Source: Lama guanicoe (taxonomy: Eukaryota). From it: a stretch of 64,000 nucleotides of DNA. The first letter of the stretch is position 1. The number at the start of each line of letters is the position of its first letter. The stretch lies in NCBI GenBank assembly GCA_013239625.1, contig MU054187.1, forward strand, positions 12,627,325 through 12,691,324. The letters are read 5' to 3'. Below, one piece after another: positions 25,796-38,860 of the stretch. The notes below the pieces were generated by a model. That model made no database searches. It was not told where the DNA came from and worked only from the letters and a program-made list of their open reading frames with translations. A program made the position numbers and the translations under genes.

Positions 25796-26394
25796 GTCAC
25801 CTTAAGGTTTCCAATGATAATTTTGACTGGGCTTGATTTTTGTATTTCACGTTAACTTTAGAACCCAACTCCCAGGTAAAATATGATCTCACAGTAGATA
25901 AAGTTCATTACTTTGGCTTTTAATTCTTTTTTTTTTGTTCTCAAGAATCACATTAAAAATGTAGAAACCTAGAAAATGTAAGCCTGTATCTACTAAGACT
26001 TTAACTTTTCACACTCAAGTTAAGATTAGGTAATATGTAGATGAGATGGGCTGGCTGGATTGAGGGGAAGGAGGATGGAGAGCCACCTGGGAAGGGTTGG
26101 GAGGAGGAGTCTAAAGGGAGGACTTCATGGCACCAAAGAACAACTTAATTCGTCTCTCAAAGTTGTCCGCCACTTTATTGTTGGGGCCATAGGTTGCCAC
26201 TCCATGCCTTGGCATGCTGAGAGCTATTAAGGTCAATAAAAAAACATGATTTGTGAAAAAAGAGGGATCCCTCAAATCGCTTCAAAGTGGTATCAGTCTG
26301 TGTTAATGGAAGCATTATGTCCTAAACCAGAAAAAAAATTATTTCCAGTGACTTGGCACTAGTCTTGCCTGAACATATTTCAACTGCTTTTAGT

Positions 26395-26480
26395 TTGGGG
26401 ATACCACATGTTGAAAAAGAGACAAATTAGAGAAAATTCAGAGAGCGGCAACCAACATGATAAAATGTCTAGTTAAAGGT
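26395..26480 (+). mobile_element. L3/CR1 LINE fragment
   Basis: gacaaattagagaaaattcagagagcggcaaccaacatgataaaa encodes DKLEKIQRAATNMIK, resembling the CR1 LE.VQRRAT.MI motif. Confidence 0.6.
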
Positions 26481-27894
26481 TCATGGCATGGCTCAGGGGA
26501 TTGGTAATGGGATATAAATCCTCTCTCGTCAGCACTTCATTTTCAGCAGTGTCTATCTAATGGCTGTCATCACTGCTTAGACTCAGCGACCAGCAAGGGG
26601 AGGTGGGGGAACTGACAGTTGAGGTATGGTTCAGAATGCTGTAGTTCATATTCCAAACAGCATCGACATCAGAGCCGTTTTTACCTTTCTGGTGAAGAAG
26701 TCAAGGGTTTAAGTGCAGAGGCTAAATCAGTTATTCACTTTGACCTGAGTCAGTCAGTTCCAAGTTTGGCTAGGTGTATGTTAATTGCTTTGCATTGTGG
26801 ACTTTGCTATATTTGAATTAGAAGTAAGAGAAATTCTTTTTCTCAAGTTTAAATAAATGTCCACAGCAGTTGAACTAGTTCGAAGAAGTTTGCAATCTGC
26901 TTCAAGTTTAAGTTAAAATAATTAGAATGCCAGTTTATTTAGCTACAATGAGAAATAAAATGATAATCTATACTACAGTATTCATGTTGATGAGATCTGT
27001 GCATTCAGTAACTTTAGGAAGAGCTCCAGTGGAAGCCATATCATGATCAAGAGGTTGCTCTGTGTTGGCACAGTGCTCTTTATATGATTCTAAAGTAGCT
27101 GGATGTGCCCATCTACAATTTTTGATCAGGTCTGGATGACTGGCCAGGTTGCTTGGTGGGATGAGGATGAGGCCTAGGGTTCATGAGACCTCTGTTTTAG
27201 TCCTGAATCTGTTATCAACTCACTAGGTGATGCTTGGTAAATAGGTAAACATTTTTTAAAAAGCTGGTAAGAAATGGTCTCTAAGACCTTTTTAATATAA
27301 AATTATTTGGCTTTATGTACATGCTCTATAGGCAGCTATATAGATATTTAGATAATTAACTGTCTCAATTCTATTTCCTAAAGACCTTAAGGCTTTTTAC
27401 AAATATCAGTCAATTCAGTAAATAATTGTTAATGGCTTCTGCCATGCAAATTATTGTGTTAAGCGTGGAAGTTGACATGGTCCTCTTGCCCCAAGAAAAT
27501 TAAATGACTAATTAAAATATGAACATTCTCATTGTGAACTAATGTAAGTATTAATAGCTACAAATGATAATATGAATATTATAGTATAATGTGAATAATG
27601 ACTGATGACAATATAAGTCAGAATTAAAGTCAGCAAGAGGGGTGCAGATATCTGTGGTATAGGATATGGAGTAGGGAAAATATATTTCATTTAGGGAGAT
27701 TAAAGAAGAATTCATAGAGTATAATATTTGAACTGGACTTTGAAATATGGTATGTTTAGCCAGCCTGGAGAACCACTGGTCTAGGGTTAGAGTTGATGTT
27801 GCTGTAAAGGGATGTGAAATTCAGCTTGTCTGGTTAAGAGAGGAGGTGTAGGAAGAAGCTAGTGACAGTAGCTTCAGGGCGCTCAGTTGCAGAC

Positions 27895-28086
27895 TGTTTC
27901 TGTAGTATCTGTTTGGCTGCCATAACAAAATTCCATAGGCTGGTGGCTAAAACAGCAGAAATTTATTTTCTCACAGTTCAGAGGGCTGGGAATCCAAGAT
28001 CAAGGTGCTGTCCTGGCTAGTTTTTCCCGAGGCCTCTCTCCTTGGCTTGTAGATGGCTGTCTCCTCTCTGTCTTCTCATGGCCTTT

Positions 28087-28124
<38 letters not shown>

Positions 28125-28312
28125 CGTGTGTGCATCTCTGATGTGTCTCTCTCTTTTTATAAGGACACCAGTTGTATTAGATCAAGGCCTCACCCTTATG
28201 ACCTCATTTGAACTTAACTACCCCCATAAAGGCCCCATCTCCAAATACAGTCACATTGGGGCTTTTGGCTTCAACATATGAATGGAGGGAGTTCACAAAA
28301 CAGTTTATAACA
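27895..28312 (-). mobile_element. MLT1A-like solo LTR containing (TG)n at ~28088-28132
   Basis: ggctgccataacaaaattccataggctgg...tttattttctcacagttc...catctccaaatacagtcacattggg. Confidence 0.88.
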
Positions 28313-29249
28313 ACGTCTAAGGCTCTGAGAGGAGCTCTAGCCTTGAATTCATAAGACCATATTTTTTTTTGTGAAAAATAAGGGGTTTTTGAAATTAAGA
28401 ATACCCTCTAAATGGGATATGCTTCAGGCCCCACAAAAGCTGGGTCCTCCTTCTGCCTGGGAGCAAGATATTCATTAGGTCCATTACCCAGGAGGAGAGG
28501 TAGCCCTGAGTAGGGATGCTGTATGGGGGAAGTGGGTAACTGAGAGGTTCCCGTGTCATCTGACATGTGAGACACAGGAACTGATGTGAATCCCAAGTTT
28601 GGATGGAGCTATGAATGCTTTTACATTGGGGGATCAATACCTAATAATTAAATGTGTGGCTCTACAAGAGTCATCCTAATTTCTTGATCCTACACCACTA
28701 GTGTCAAATTAATGGAAATCCAAAGGAATAAAACATAATGGAGCAGCACTAAGGGCTTTTAGGGCATAACAGACTCTTGTTACAGTTGGAAGAAAATGTG
28801 GCCAGAGATGGTGGAGATGAAGTGGGAGAACCATTCTGATTCTTTCTCTTTCTGGCATAACTTAAATATAAGTTAGATTTAGATTTTTTGGTCTGAGAGT
28901 CAGGAGCAAGCAGTTAATGTTAGTAAAGCATGAAGACCTTCTGTAAGGAGGGTCATGTATCCTATTCCTCCTTCCTCTTTTAAGGTCTCCTACTCTTCCT
29001 TCTGTATTACTGCTTCTTTTCAGAATTGCCTGGGGTACTTGTGAAAAATGGAGATTCCTATGCCTAATCCCAGACTGAAATGAATCAGAATCTTTGGTGA
29101 GTGGGGCCCGAAATCTTTATTTTGAAAAATCAGACTTGATTTTTTTTATCTTTAGAGATTGGAATTTACTGCCCTGCATCCACAGCACAGTCTCTTAATT
29201 TCAGTATTTCAGTCATTAATATCTATTAATTATAACAAAACTACCACTT

Positions 29250-29400
29250 TGGAGCTTGTATTATGAGCTCCATACCATTCTAAGCAACGTGCTCACCTGA
29301 TTTTCATGATAAATCTTCATGGTGATAATATTACTCCTATCTTGCAGATGAGAAACCAAGGCTCAGAAAGGTTAAATTTCTCAAGGCTACATAAGTAGAA
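29250..29400 (-). mobile_element. MIR fragment
   Basis: cctatcttgcagatgagaaaccaaggctcagaaaggttaa. Confidence 0.7.
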
Positions 29401-32400
29401 TTAATAAAAAAACTGAAGGGGTAAGAAGAGAACGAAAATTTGATAAACATTAATTTGTAAATATTTCTGTTATATAAAAAATACATTAGATTTATATATT
29501 GCCTGAATTATGTGGGTGTTATAATAACTCTTAACTCCTAAGCCCCTTGTCTCCTTGGGTGTTGCTGGGCTATACTGATAAACTGATATTCTGATGAAAT
29601 GGAATGCCAGGAGATTCCAAGCACTTGTGGCAGAAGAAATAGATTTCACGCAATTTTCTTGCCAATACTAACATCCCTCTATGACACTTACCAGGCTTTG
29701 GAGACTTGTTTGGTTGGCTAATATTCAAATTTTTGGTTTGAGAAGAAATTTGGGCACTTCAGGAATAAGATACATAGTTTTGGAAAATGTGAACAAAAAA
29801 TTGTTTGATAATCTGTTTTATTTCAGTAGTATTTGGATCAGTAAATACCATGTTTTATTTTTGTAGAGAAAACAAAACAACTCATAGTCAGAAGACTCAC
29901 TGGGAATATTGTAATACCCCATCCTTTAGTTTTCCACAGTTCCACTTTAAAGAAAATAATTCCCATTTAATGGACCAAACAACATAATAAAGTTTCTTGA
30001 GGCAACTCTTACAATTACCATGTAAGCTTATAAAACAAGCAAGGTGTGTATTCCTTCAACAAATTCGCCTTTCAGATATACAAAAAGAAAGAAAATATTC
30101 ATGTTTATTACATTCAGACTGAGTGGAAATCAGTTACAACAAATGGTAAAGGAAAAGAGTCCAAGGCAGTGTAACTCATTTTAACAAACGTAGTTCTCCC
30201 TAAATGAAGAGGTCAGTTATTTCACAGATGTTTTATTCTGCAGATGATGAGAACAAATATTTACTTCGTTTAATATTTATTTAAATATGGGCTTTTGGTT
30301 TTTAAATGTTTTTCTAATTTAATAATGTTTCAAAATATATTGGGAAAAAAATAGAATTCACCTAGCATTCCTCCATTTCTGTTTGGATTTATAAAATAGG
30401 AAGCTACAGACCTCTCCCACCATACGTTTTCTCTGCCCAGGGTTAAAAACTATTGGCTAGTTTGTATATCATCCCTCTTTCCTAGTTTTATACTTTATAT
30501 ACATTTAATACCCTAAATTAGAATTTTATTAAATAAATTTATCTAGAATCAGTTTTATTTAAAAATACAGCATGGACATTTTCTAGGTCATTTCAAGGAG
30601 GACATTTTAAGCTCTTTAACGGCAGTGTATTATTGTATTGAACTATTCCCCTATTAACTTTTTAACTTTATTTTTGATTTTTTCCCTACTTAATTTTTTC
30701 CATTTTTGCTATTGTAAACATTTTTTTCAATGAGTAGCTTTATATGCACATTTCAAATTTCGATAGCTATTACCAACCAAATTACTTTCCAAAAAATTTG
30801 TTTATTTTTCCTATGTATTTGTATTTGTATATTTGTATTTGTATATTTTCCCCACATTTGCTGGCACTGGGTGTTAGCAGTGTTTTAAATCACTGAAAAT
30901 CTGCTGAGGGCAAATTATATTTTATTTTACTTTGCAGTAAAGAACTGGATGATTCTAAACGTTGCTGCATATTTAGATTTTTGTTCTGGTATATTTGTAA
31001 AAGTTACATGTACTCTATAGAGTCAAGAAAAGTAGATGCTAAGATAGGACTAAATATGACTTAAAATAACTGCCAATCACATCTTTAATCTTGGGTTCCA
31101 AGCACCTTTTATTTGCCAGGATGGGTAATTAATTCAAAATATTTCAAACTTTAACTTCAATTTTTTCTTCTTCTATAACTAGATATAAGGGAATAAGTAA
31201 TTCTGCTTGTTTTGAGAAATTCAAGCTGTTTTGTTTTTACCATCTGCACTTTGTTTATTGGGAACAATCTTCATCTTTACTACTTTATATTACAAATTAT
31301 ATTTTAAATTTTGAAATCTATGTGAAATACCAAAAATTATGATGTTGGACAGTTTCTGTCCAGTGTTACTCCTTTGAGCTTTTTCAATTATGTTCTTATA
31401 AATTAAAACTTTTTTTTTCTTTAAAATAAGTTACTGGATCTTGGTGGACAAGAGGCTGAAATGAGATGCTCTTTACTCACTCAAACCTGCAAATACCTCT
31501 GCAGGCTTAGACATAAAACCCAGCACGGAAATAATACTTGTCTCACAATCAGGTCAGAAATGATAACTGAAACCATGGAATCCTTAAGATAAGCTACCTG
31601 TGTAATCAGGGGAAATAGCTGAAAAGCCTAATAGAAGGCTTTGTGTTGGAGGACAGTGATTGAAGTTCAAAAGGCTTAGCAGAGGTCAAGTTGGCAATGT
31701 CAGGTATTTCCCCAAGTTTACTTCATTCAATTAAGTTGGAACAATCTGCTCCTGTGAAAGACTTAGTGGCTTTCATTACACTGGGGGTTGGGGAGGGGGA
31801 AACGGGGATGCTTGGCTTCCTCTGTACCAGAAGCGGTGTCTGGGATAATTTTAAAAAAGGCATTGAGTCGATTTTCATGAAGTCTCTGTGGGAAACTTCT
31901 GCACAATGTAATGGCTGAGTGTGCTTACTAAATACATTTAAAAGAGACAGAAGGTGTAGATATTTATCTACATGTATAAGCCAACCGTTGCAACCTAAAT
32001 TCTTTTCAGACTTTGGTTGTTTCTGAATGGGATGACCATTTGTGTGTCTGCCACATGAATTGAGCTGGTTTTCTTCCTGTTTAGTCTAAACTACTGTTGA
32101 TTGCTTTGACCCCTGCCCAGCTGAGGGACAAAATGCCCTGGGTTGAGGGCTTTCTTAAGAGTGCCTGTATTCTCAGCTCAAGGCTGCTTGAACTAGGTAG
32201 ACTTCAGGGTAGAAAAGCACCCTAAATTGCTTCCTTAAAAGTAAGTTTCATATCCTTGACGATTTTTGTCTTTTTTCTTGGTGTGTCACTTTTTTTTTCA
32301 TTTTTGAAATGTAAAAATGTCTTATTTTTTAGCTGAAGTAATTATTTTACAAACATGAGTGAACTTTGTGGGGGAATAGAAATGGGACATACCCTGACGG

Positions 32401-32724
32401 CAGCAAATGATCAGATTACAGAGATAAATTGATATATGAGAGGTTCCGGAATACTAGGTAATTACAGCACATACCTTCAGGAAATACACACACACGCACA
32501 CACACACGCATTCATGTTCCTGCATATGTGTGTGTATGTGACTATATAGATTTTAATTGTGAGAAAGGTTTGGGAGATAAAACCTATTTTTAAGTTGAAT
32601 ATCACTAATGCCATTATCAATGTGTTTACCATTTAAGATACATTTCTGAAAGTCATAATCCTAATAACTTTTCACTAGTCAGATACTGGGCAAAATAAAT
32701 ATGGACAAAAATGATTTCATTCAG

Positions 32725-32860
32725 TAGTTCCTAAATGTGGCTAATTGTTGGATTCACTTGGGCGCACCCAGCCCTCCTAAATTACGATCTTCGAAACTGA
32801 GATCCAGCAAGTTTAACAAGCTCCCCAGATGATTCTCTTAGTCAAGTTTGTGGAGCCTAA
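32725..32860. mobile_element. MER5-like MITE (degraded)
   Basis: cagtagttcctaaatgtgg...tttaacaagctccccagatgattct. Confidence 0.6.
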
Positions 32861-35139
32861 AAAGCATCAGTGTAGGATAATGTCATTGTGTTCTAATCAG
32901 TTCGATGTTGAAGCAGTTGTGCAGTTTACTAAAGAACCATTATGCCTGGTTTTGGTGATGCATGTGAACACTGTATCCAAAACTGCCTCGTTGGAGCTTC
33001 CCAGTATAGTCCCCTGACTTAGGCACTGTGAGATCCATTTTATAGGTGAGGGAACTGATACTGTTAAAATAATTAATCATCAAGTTACTAATTAGGAAAA
33101 CCAGGATTCAGTCCCAAACTTTCTGGCTACATGTCTAGGGCTTCCAGCACATTGACTTCTGGTAGCCTTGAGGCAGAAATCTTTAGAGGCCTTTTCCAGT
33201 AAGATCTAGCATTTTGTCATCCCAAATAACTTTTGACAGTGTTGTATCAGTTTAGAATACATTTATTGATTTGCTATACATCTAACTTTGTGTTGGATGA
33301 TAGGTTAGGCCTCAGAGGGAAGAGTTTTACCCTCGAAGAGTCTTGTTGGGGAGGTAAGGTTTACTTGGGACAAGAGTAGGAAGCAGCAGCTGAGAGTGAC
33401 TGAGTGTGCATTGTGGACTTTCAGTGCAGTGGCAGTGCAGAGAAAATGATTTTGGGCTGAAATTCTGGGGGAGACTCCAGGAGAAGCAGATTCCAATTGG
33501 GTCTTGAAGAGTGGGATTTGGAAGGTTCAGGAGACAATACAAGGATGGGAACAGCAGGAACAAAGGAGTGAGTGCGTGGGTGTGTCTGTGTGTTTACTCA
33601 AACTCACTGCGTAAGAGAGGACCGCTTTACCCGAGGAGCAGGGAGAGTGCGGGAACAGCGAGCAGAAGGTGGGGCCTTGGCCCGTCCTTCAAGGTGCCAG
33701 GCTCCACAGGGCACTGAGACTGTCGAGTTAAAAGGTGCCTTTTGGAGTCATCGCCCTCTGCTTACACGTGTTATTTATTTTTCTCTCATGTATGCACTCT
33801 TGGCCCCCAGAAAATACTTTACCCTAATGCTCCAAAAGCCTCTGTCACTGTCCAGAATCAAATTAAGCACAGCAAATGTGACCATCGCTCTGAGACACAC
33901 ATGGAATTTGGGAGGTTGAAAGACACAAAAGCCTCAGCATAATAGGCAGAGAATCAGCAGGTTCCTGGGATAGGACTAATTTTTCTCTGGCTCTTTAGTA
34001 ACAGGTGGTATTTATCTAAGCGGACTGCCCTGGGCAGCTGGTTGATGGGTTCTTCCAGCTGGACATCTTCTCCCCATTTAGTCCAACCACACCTGTTTCA
34101 GACAGCAAACAAGAGCCTTTCTCATCTTTAGTATCTCCATGCGGGGGGCTGGGGTATAGATGAACCATTCAGCTTCCAGCTGTAGTGTTTCATGATGTCC
34201 GAGGATCCCATCTGGCCTCCTGCCAGAAAAAAGAAAGGTTTTAGGTTTAGAGGTGGGCTTTTTTTTTTTCCCCCAGGGAGTGGATTTGTCCTGTTGGGTT
34301 GATTTCTTTTGAAAAAGAGATTTCATCATCGATGGCTATCATGTGATCAGATTTATCTCCCATTAAAACATCCTTTCCTTGAAGCATGCACTGACATGAC
34401 TGTGGCTGTCCCTTCAAGCTTTTATTGTACTGCATTAAGGAATTGTAGAATAATCTCATGAAAGATTAATCACTTCCTGTAAGCATCTTGTACCTGCAGA
34501 CAGGCAATTACTGAAATATGTCTGAAAGAAAACAATGAAGCACGTTATAATGTATCGGCCAGGTATTTTTTGGCAGTGTGACTACAAAACTTGCTTGGGT
34601 GCCAACTTTTTTGGAGCCAAAAAGGACTTCTGTGCTGAGTTAATGGATCATAGTTTGTTTTGTACATGAGTAGCAATGTTTTCTTTGTAATGACAGCCAA
34701 GACTTTGACACTGCACAGGTATTTCTCTTGAGGCTGTACAAGTGTGTGTTTTCTTATTTATTTCCCTGTCTAAACTGAATGATAAATCAACCATTTGGAC
34801 TAGATTCAGTCCTGGCAATTTAAAGAACCCTATATCCCCAGTGCTGAGCCTGCCAGATAGTAGGTACTCAATAAATATTTGATGACAGACAATCTCTATT
34901 TTATAGCTATCAAGCGGTTTACAACAAAAGAGTATGATTTTAGAGGATGCCGTAGCCTCAGACCTGAAAAATCTCCCTAACCGGTATAGTACTGGGTTCA
35001 CCACCACCTTAACTCAAAACTTTCTGTTTACCAGCATCTGTGCTAGAGGCTGGAGATAGGAAAAAAAGACATGGTCCTTTCTTTTAAGAAGCTGAGATTT
35101 CCTGGTGAGGGAAACATTAATACAACATCCACAACAAAA

Positions 35140-35325
35140 GCATTTATGTTTATTGAGCACTTGTGTATTGTAGACATTTAAGCCCTTTGTATATATTAAT
35201 TCATTTAATCCAGAAAGTCTTACTAATATTATTATGTTTTTTTAAGATATGTAAACTGAGGCACAGAGAGTTGTACTTTTCTGTAATTTACACAAAGCTA
35301 GTAAGTGATGGAACTGGGTTATGAA
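35140..35325 (-). mobile_element. MIR
   Basis: tttattgagcactt...tcatttaatcc...aaactgaggcacagagag...gctagtaagtgatggaactgg. Confidence 0.8.
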
Positions 35326-35644
35326 TAAAAATACAAAGCCAAACATTGAATTTGTGGAGTGCTCTGATGGAGTAAGTACAAAGTGCAGAGATGAGGCCCC
35401 CTCACCGCAGTACAGTGGGGTCAGGGGAGAGTTTCAGGAGCAGTTGATGACCAAGCCTTTTCCTCCTTATCTCTACTTTCTGGCCCTGGGATCTGGGACA
35501 TCTGTTTCTCCCCAGATCTGGTCCTGGTTCTTTCCATGTCCTTTGCCCGTGGCAGGGAGCACTGTGCTCTATGCTGTGACATCTCTCCACTGATGTCTTA
35601 CAAGTTATTCAACTTTCAGCAGCTCTAATTATGTCCTGCTGTAT

Positions 35645-35830
35645 GTGGCTCTGGAGTCAGACACATTTAGATTTGAATTTTGTCTCTTCCATTTATAAGT
35701 TGTGCAATGTTGGTCAAGTTACTTAACTTCATAGAATTACTTTTACTCTTCTCTGTGGTCTGTTTGAAGAATTAATTGAGATAATACGTGTAAGATATCC
35801 ATCATATAGGCGGTGCTCAATAAATGCTAG
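35645..35830 (+). mobile_element. MIR
   Basis: ggctctggagtcagac...ttggtcaagttacttaac...gtgctcaataaatgctag. Confidence 0.8.
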
Positions 35831-36194
35831 TTTTATTTTTCTTGTATGCCCATTTTTTTGCCTGTGTTTCTCCCCACACCTAGCATTGCTCCCCACAAAT
35901 AGTAGATGATTAATACATGTTTGTTAATTTGATTTTATGGGAGAAGAGAAGTAACTTATGTCAGTGTTATATTATTAGATCGTCATACACACATCTTCCT
36001 AGGATATTTTTCTTTCCCGCTTCCTTCCTCCATCTGCATCTACCTTCCCAGCTTAGTTTAAATCCTACTTGCCTTTCAGGTCTTGGCTTAGATAGAATCC
36101 TTTCTGAACACTTTTCCCGTCTGAGTCAGGCCCCCTTCTCCCTGCTTCTGTAGCTCCCTGGGTATTAGGGACTAAAAGAGCCAGACAAACTTTG

Positions 36195-36765
36195 TTATTT
36201 TTTAAAGTTGAAGTGAAATCCATGCAACATAAAATTAACCATGTTAAAGTGTATAATTCAATGGCATGTAGTACCTTTACAATGTTGTGCAACCACCACC
36301 TCTATCTAGGTCTAAAACATTTTTATCAGCTCAAAATAAAACTTTGTAGCCACTAAACATTCATTCCCTATTCCCCCTTCCATTAGCCTTTGGCAACCAC
36401 CGATCTGCTTTTTGCGTCTATGGATTTACCTGTTCTGGATATATCCTACAAATAGGATCATACAGCATGTGACCTTTTGTGTCTGGCTTCTTTGACTTAG
36501 AATAATACTTTGAGGTTATAGCATGTATCAGTACTTCACTTCTTTCTATGGCTGAGTAATATTCCATCATAAGTACATAATACATCTTGTTTATTCATTA
36601 ATCCATTGGTGGACATTTGGGTTACGGTGAATAGTGCTATTATGAACATTTTTGTGCAAGTATTTGTTTGTGTGCTTGTTTTCAATTTTGGGGATTATAT
36701 ACCTAGGAGTGGGATCGTTGAGTCATATGGTGATTCTATGTTTAACTTTTTGAGCTGCCACCAAC
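36195..36765 (-). mobile_element. L1MB-like 3' end
   Basis: aacataaaattaaccatgttaaagtgtataattcaatggcat...atacctaggagtgggatcgttgagtcatatgg. Confidence 0.85.
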
Positions 36766-38659
36766 TTTATTATTTTCCAATTTCAAAATGGTGCCCAAAT
36801 CAAACCTAAAGACAAGCCCAGAAAGCCCAGTGCTGGCAGATCTTGAAGGCTTCGGTTCAGGGAAAAGACATACCAAAAGTGGTAGGTATAAATCTATCTT
36901 GTAAAAATAATTTTGCTTGTGAGAAAGAAAAACAATATAGACCAATCTGACTATGAGACATTCTAATGAGGGAGAGAGGGAGAGAGTCCTCCCAAGGCCC
37001 CTGGGTTAACTCTTAGCAGCTGGGCTGTTTAAGATTTCACTGTTTATCTGGATTCTTTGGGTTTCACTTAAAAGAGCATCAGTCCAAGCCTGGTAACTGT
37101 AGCACAAAGATCTGTCTACAGAGTGTAGAAAACTCAGATTCTGACTTAGCAGATAATCGGTGTGGCAGACACCATGCTGGGCACTGAAGCAGATGCAATT
37201 TGGGGAGGATTTAGATCGTATTTGTTTTTTGTTAGTTCCTTCAGTAGAGGAAGTAATAATTTAAGTGAAATTGTGATGTTTAGATATAGAAAATTATTAA
37301 CTGTTCTAGGAAATGCATGGCTATGCCACATGCGTGCTGCAGAGGGGTAGAGTCATAGGAAGAAACAAACACCTCACGTGAGGATTATCAGAGAAAATTT
37401 CAGTAGAAAAAGGGAATTTAGGCTGTTTTGCAAGATATGTAGGATTTATATCTAGAGAGGAGCAGATGAAGGTTATCTCCAGGGAAGAAATGGACTGAGG
37501 CTACTGAGTTTGGCTGCGATTTGGTCCTAAACAGGTTTATTGTTTCAACAAAACTGAAAACATAGCACATAGCAGATCACAATCACTCCAGATCAAGTGA
37601 ATAGCACATCTGAAGAGGGGAATACATTTCCTTACGAAAAAAAGAACTGAAATCTGGGTTGGAAATTGCGGCCACTTCAATCTGATGAAGGGGGTTTACT
37701 GCTTAGGAACCCCAAGTGAGGGAACTGAGTTTCTTGAAAATTGTCTCTGATTTTAAAACTAGATGTGGAAGTGGTCTTAAAATTTCTACTTTCTTCTTAT
37801 GTAAGTCTTGGGAGTAATTACAAATGCTATCCCTGCTGAAAGTTAGTGCTCTCTGTCTTTCTGGACCAGAGGTATGAAACGCCCTTTGATTGTCTAATTA
37901 CAAAACCAGTAGACTCTTTAATTCTATAATTTGGCTACTTTCAGCTCATGATTATTAGGTATTCACTTTGTTCCTCTTGGAGGGGCAAGCTGGAGAACTA
38001 AAACTGTAAGTTGTGGACTGGAAGTAGTAATCTATGTATCTGCTGAGAAAGAAGTGATGTTTTCTTCCAAAGTCTCTAATTTCCACCTAGATAAGGAACC
38101 GGACATCTGGTGCTCTTAAATCATGATTTCTGTCATTGGAAAAGGGTTTTATTTTTTCCACTTGGGTAATGTGCTTATCAAACAGTTATATTTTCATTTA
38201 TGACTTTGCCTAGTCTCTGTGTAAAGTAAGAAAGTGTCTTAGGCAAGCTCCTGCTGTAACAGTGGGATCAGTCTAGTCCTAGGGGAATAGAGACACAAGA
38301 TGCTTCCTTGTAGCCTAGAAACACATCACCTTGCATCTCGTTAAAGAATGATCATAGCTGATAACTATATTTGACTTTTGTGGTTCCCTGGGAACATTTC
38401 TATGATCTGCCTGGATACAATCTGGATTCACATCAGAGTACCTTTACAGCATTATGTTTTACAGGAGCCTTGACATTAATCACTTACTTACCTTCCTTGG
38501 CAACCTAAGAACAGCCCAGAGGCAAAGGAGGGAGCAACAGTCCAAGTGGCAGCGTGGGTTGGAAAAATCCTTTAAGGGGGAGTGACTGCTTGTTGCTATG
38601 ACAGCTGCATTCTATGACATTACAGGCCTTTCCCGCTGCAGTTTCGTTAAGGAATGCTT

Positions 38660-38860
38660 CAGAGAGCCAGCTTTGAACAGACATAGTCTGAGGTTTAAAC
38701 CAAGGCCCAATCTTTTTAAACTCCAGTTTTCAGATCTGCAAAATGGGGATGAAAGTGTTACTGACCTCTCAGAGTTTTCACGTGGATTAAATGAAATAAT
38801 GTATATGGTGCGTGGAGCGAAGTGCCTGGCACATAATAAGCTCTTAGTCCATGGTGGCTG
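38660..38860 (+). mobile_element. MIR
   Basis: atctgcaaaatgggga...ggattaaatgaaataatgtat...agtgcctggcacataataag. Confidence 0.8.
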
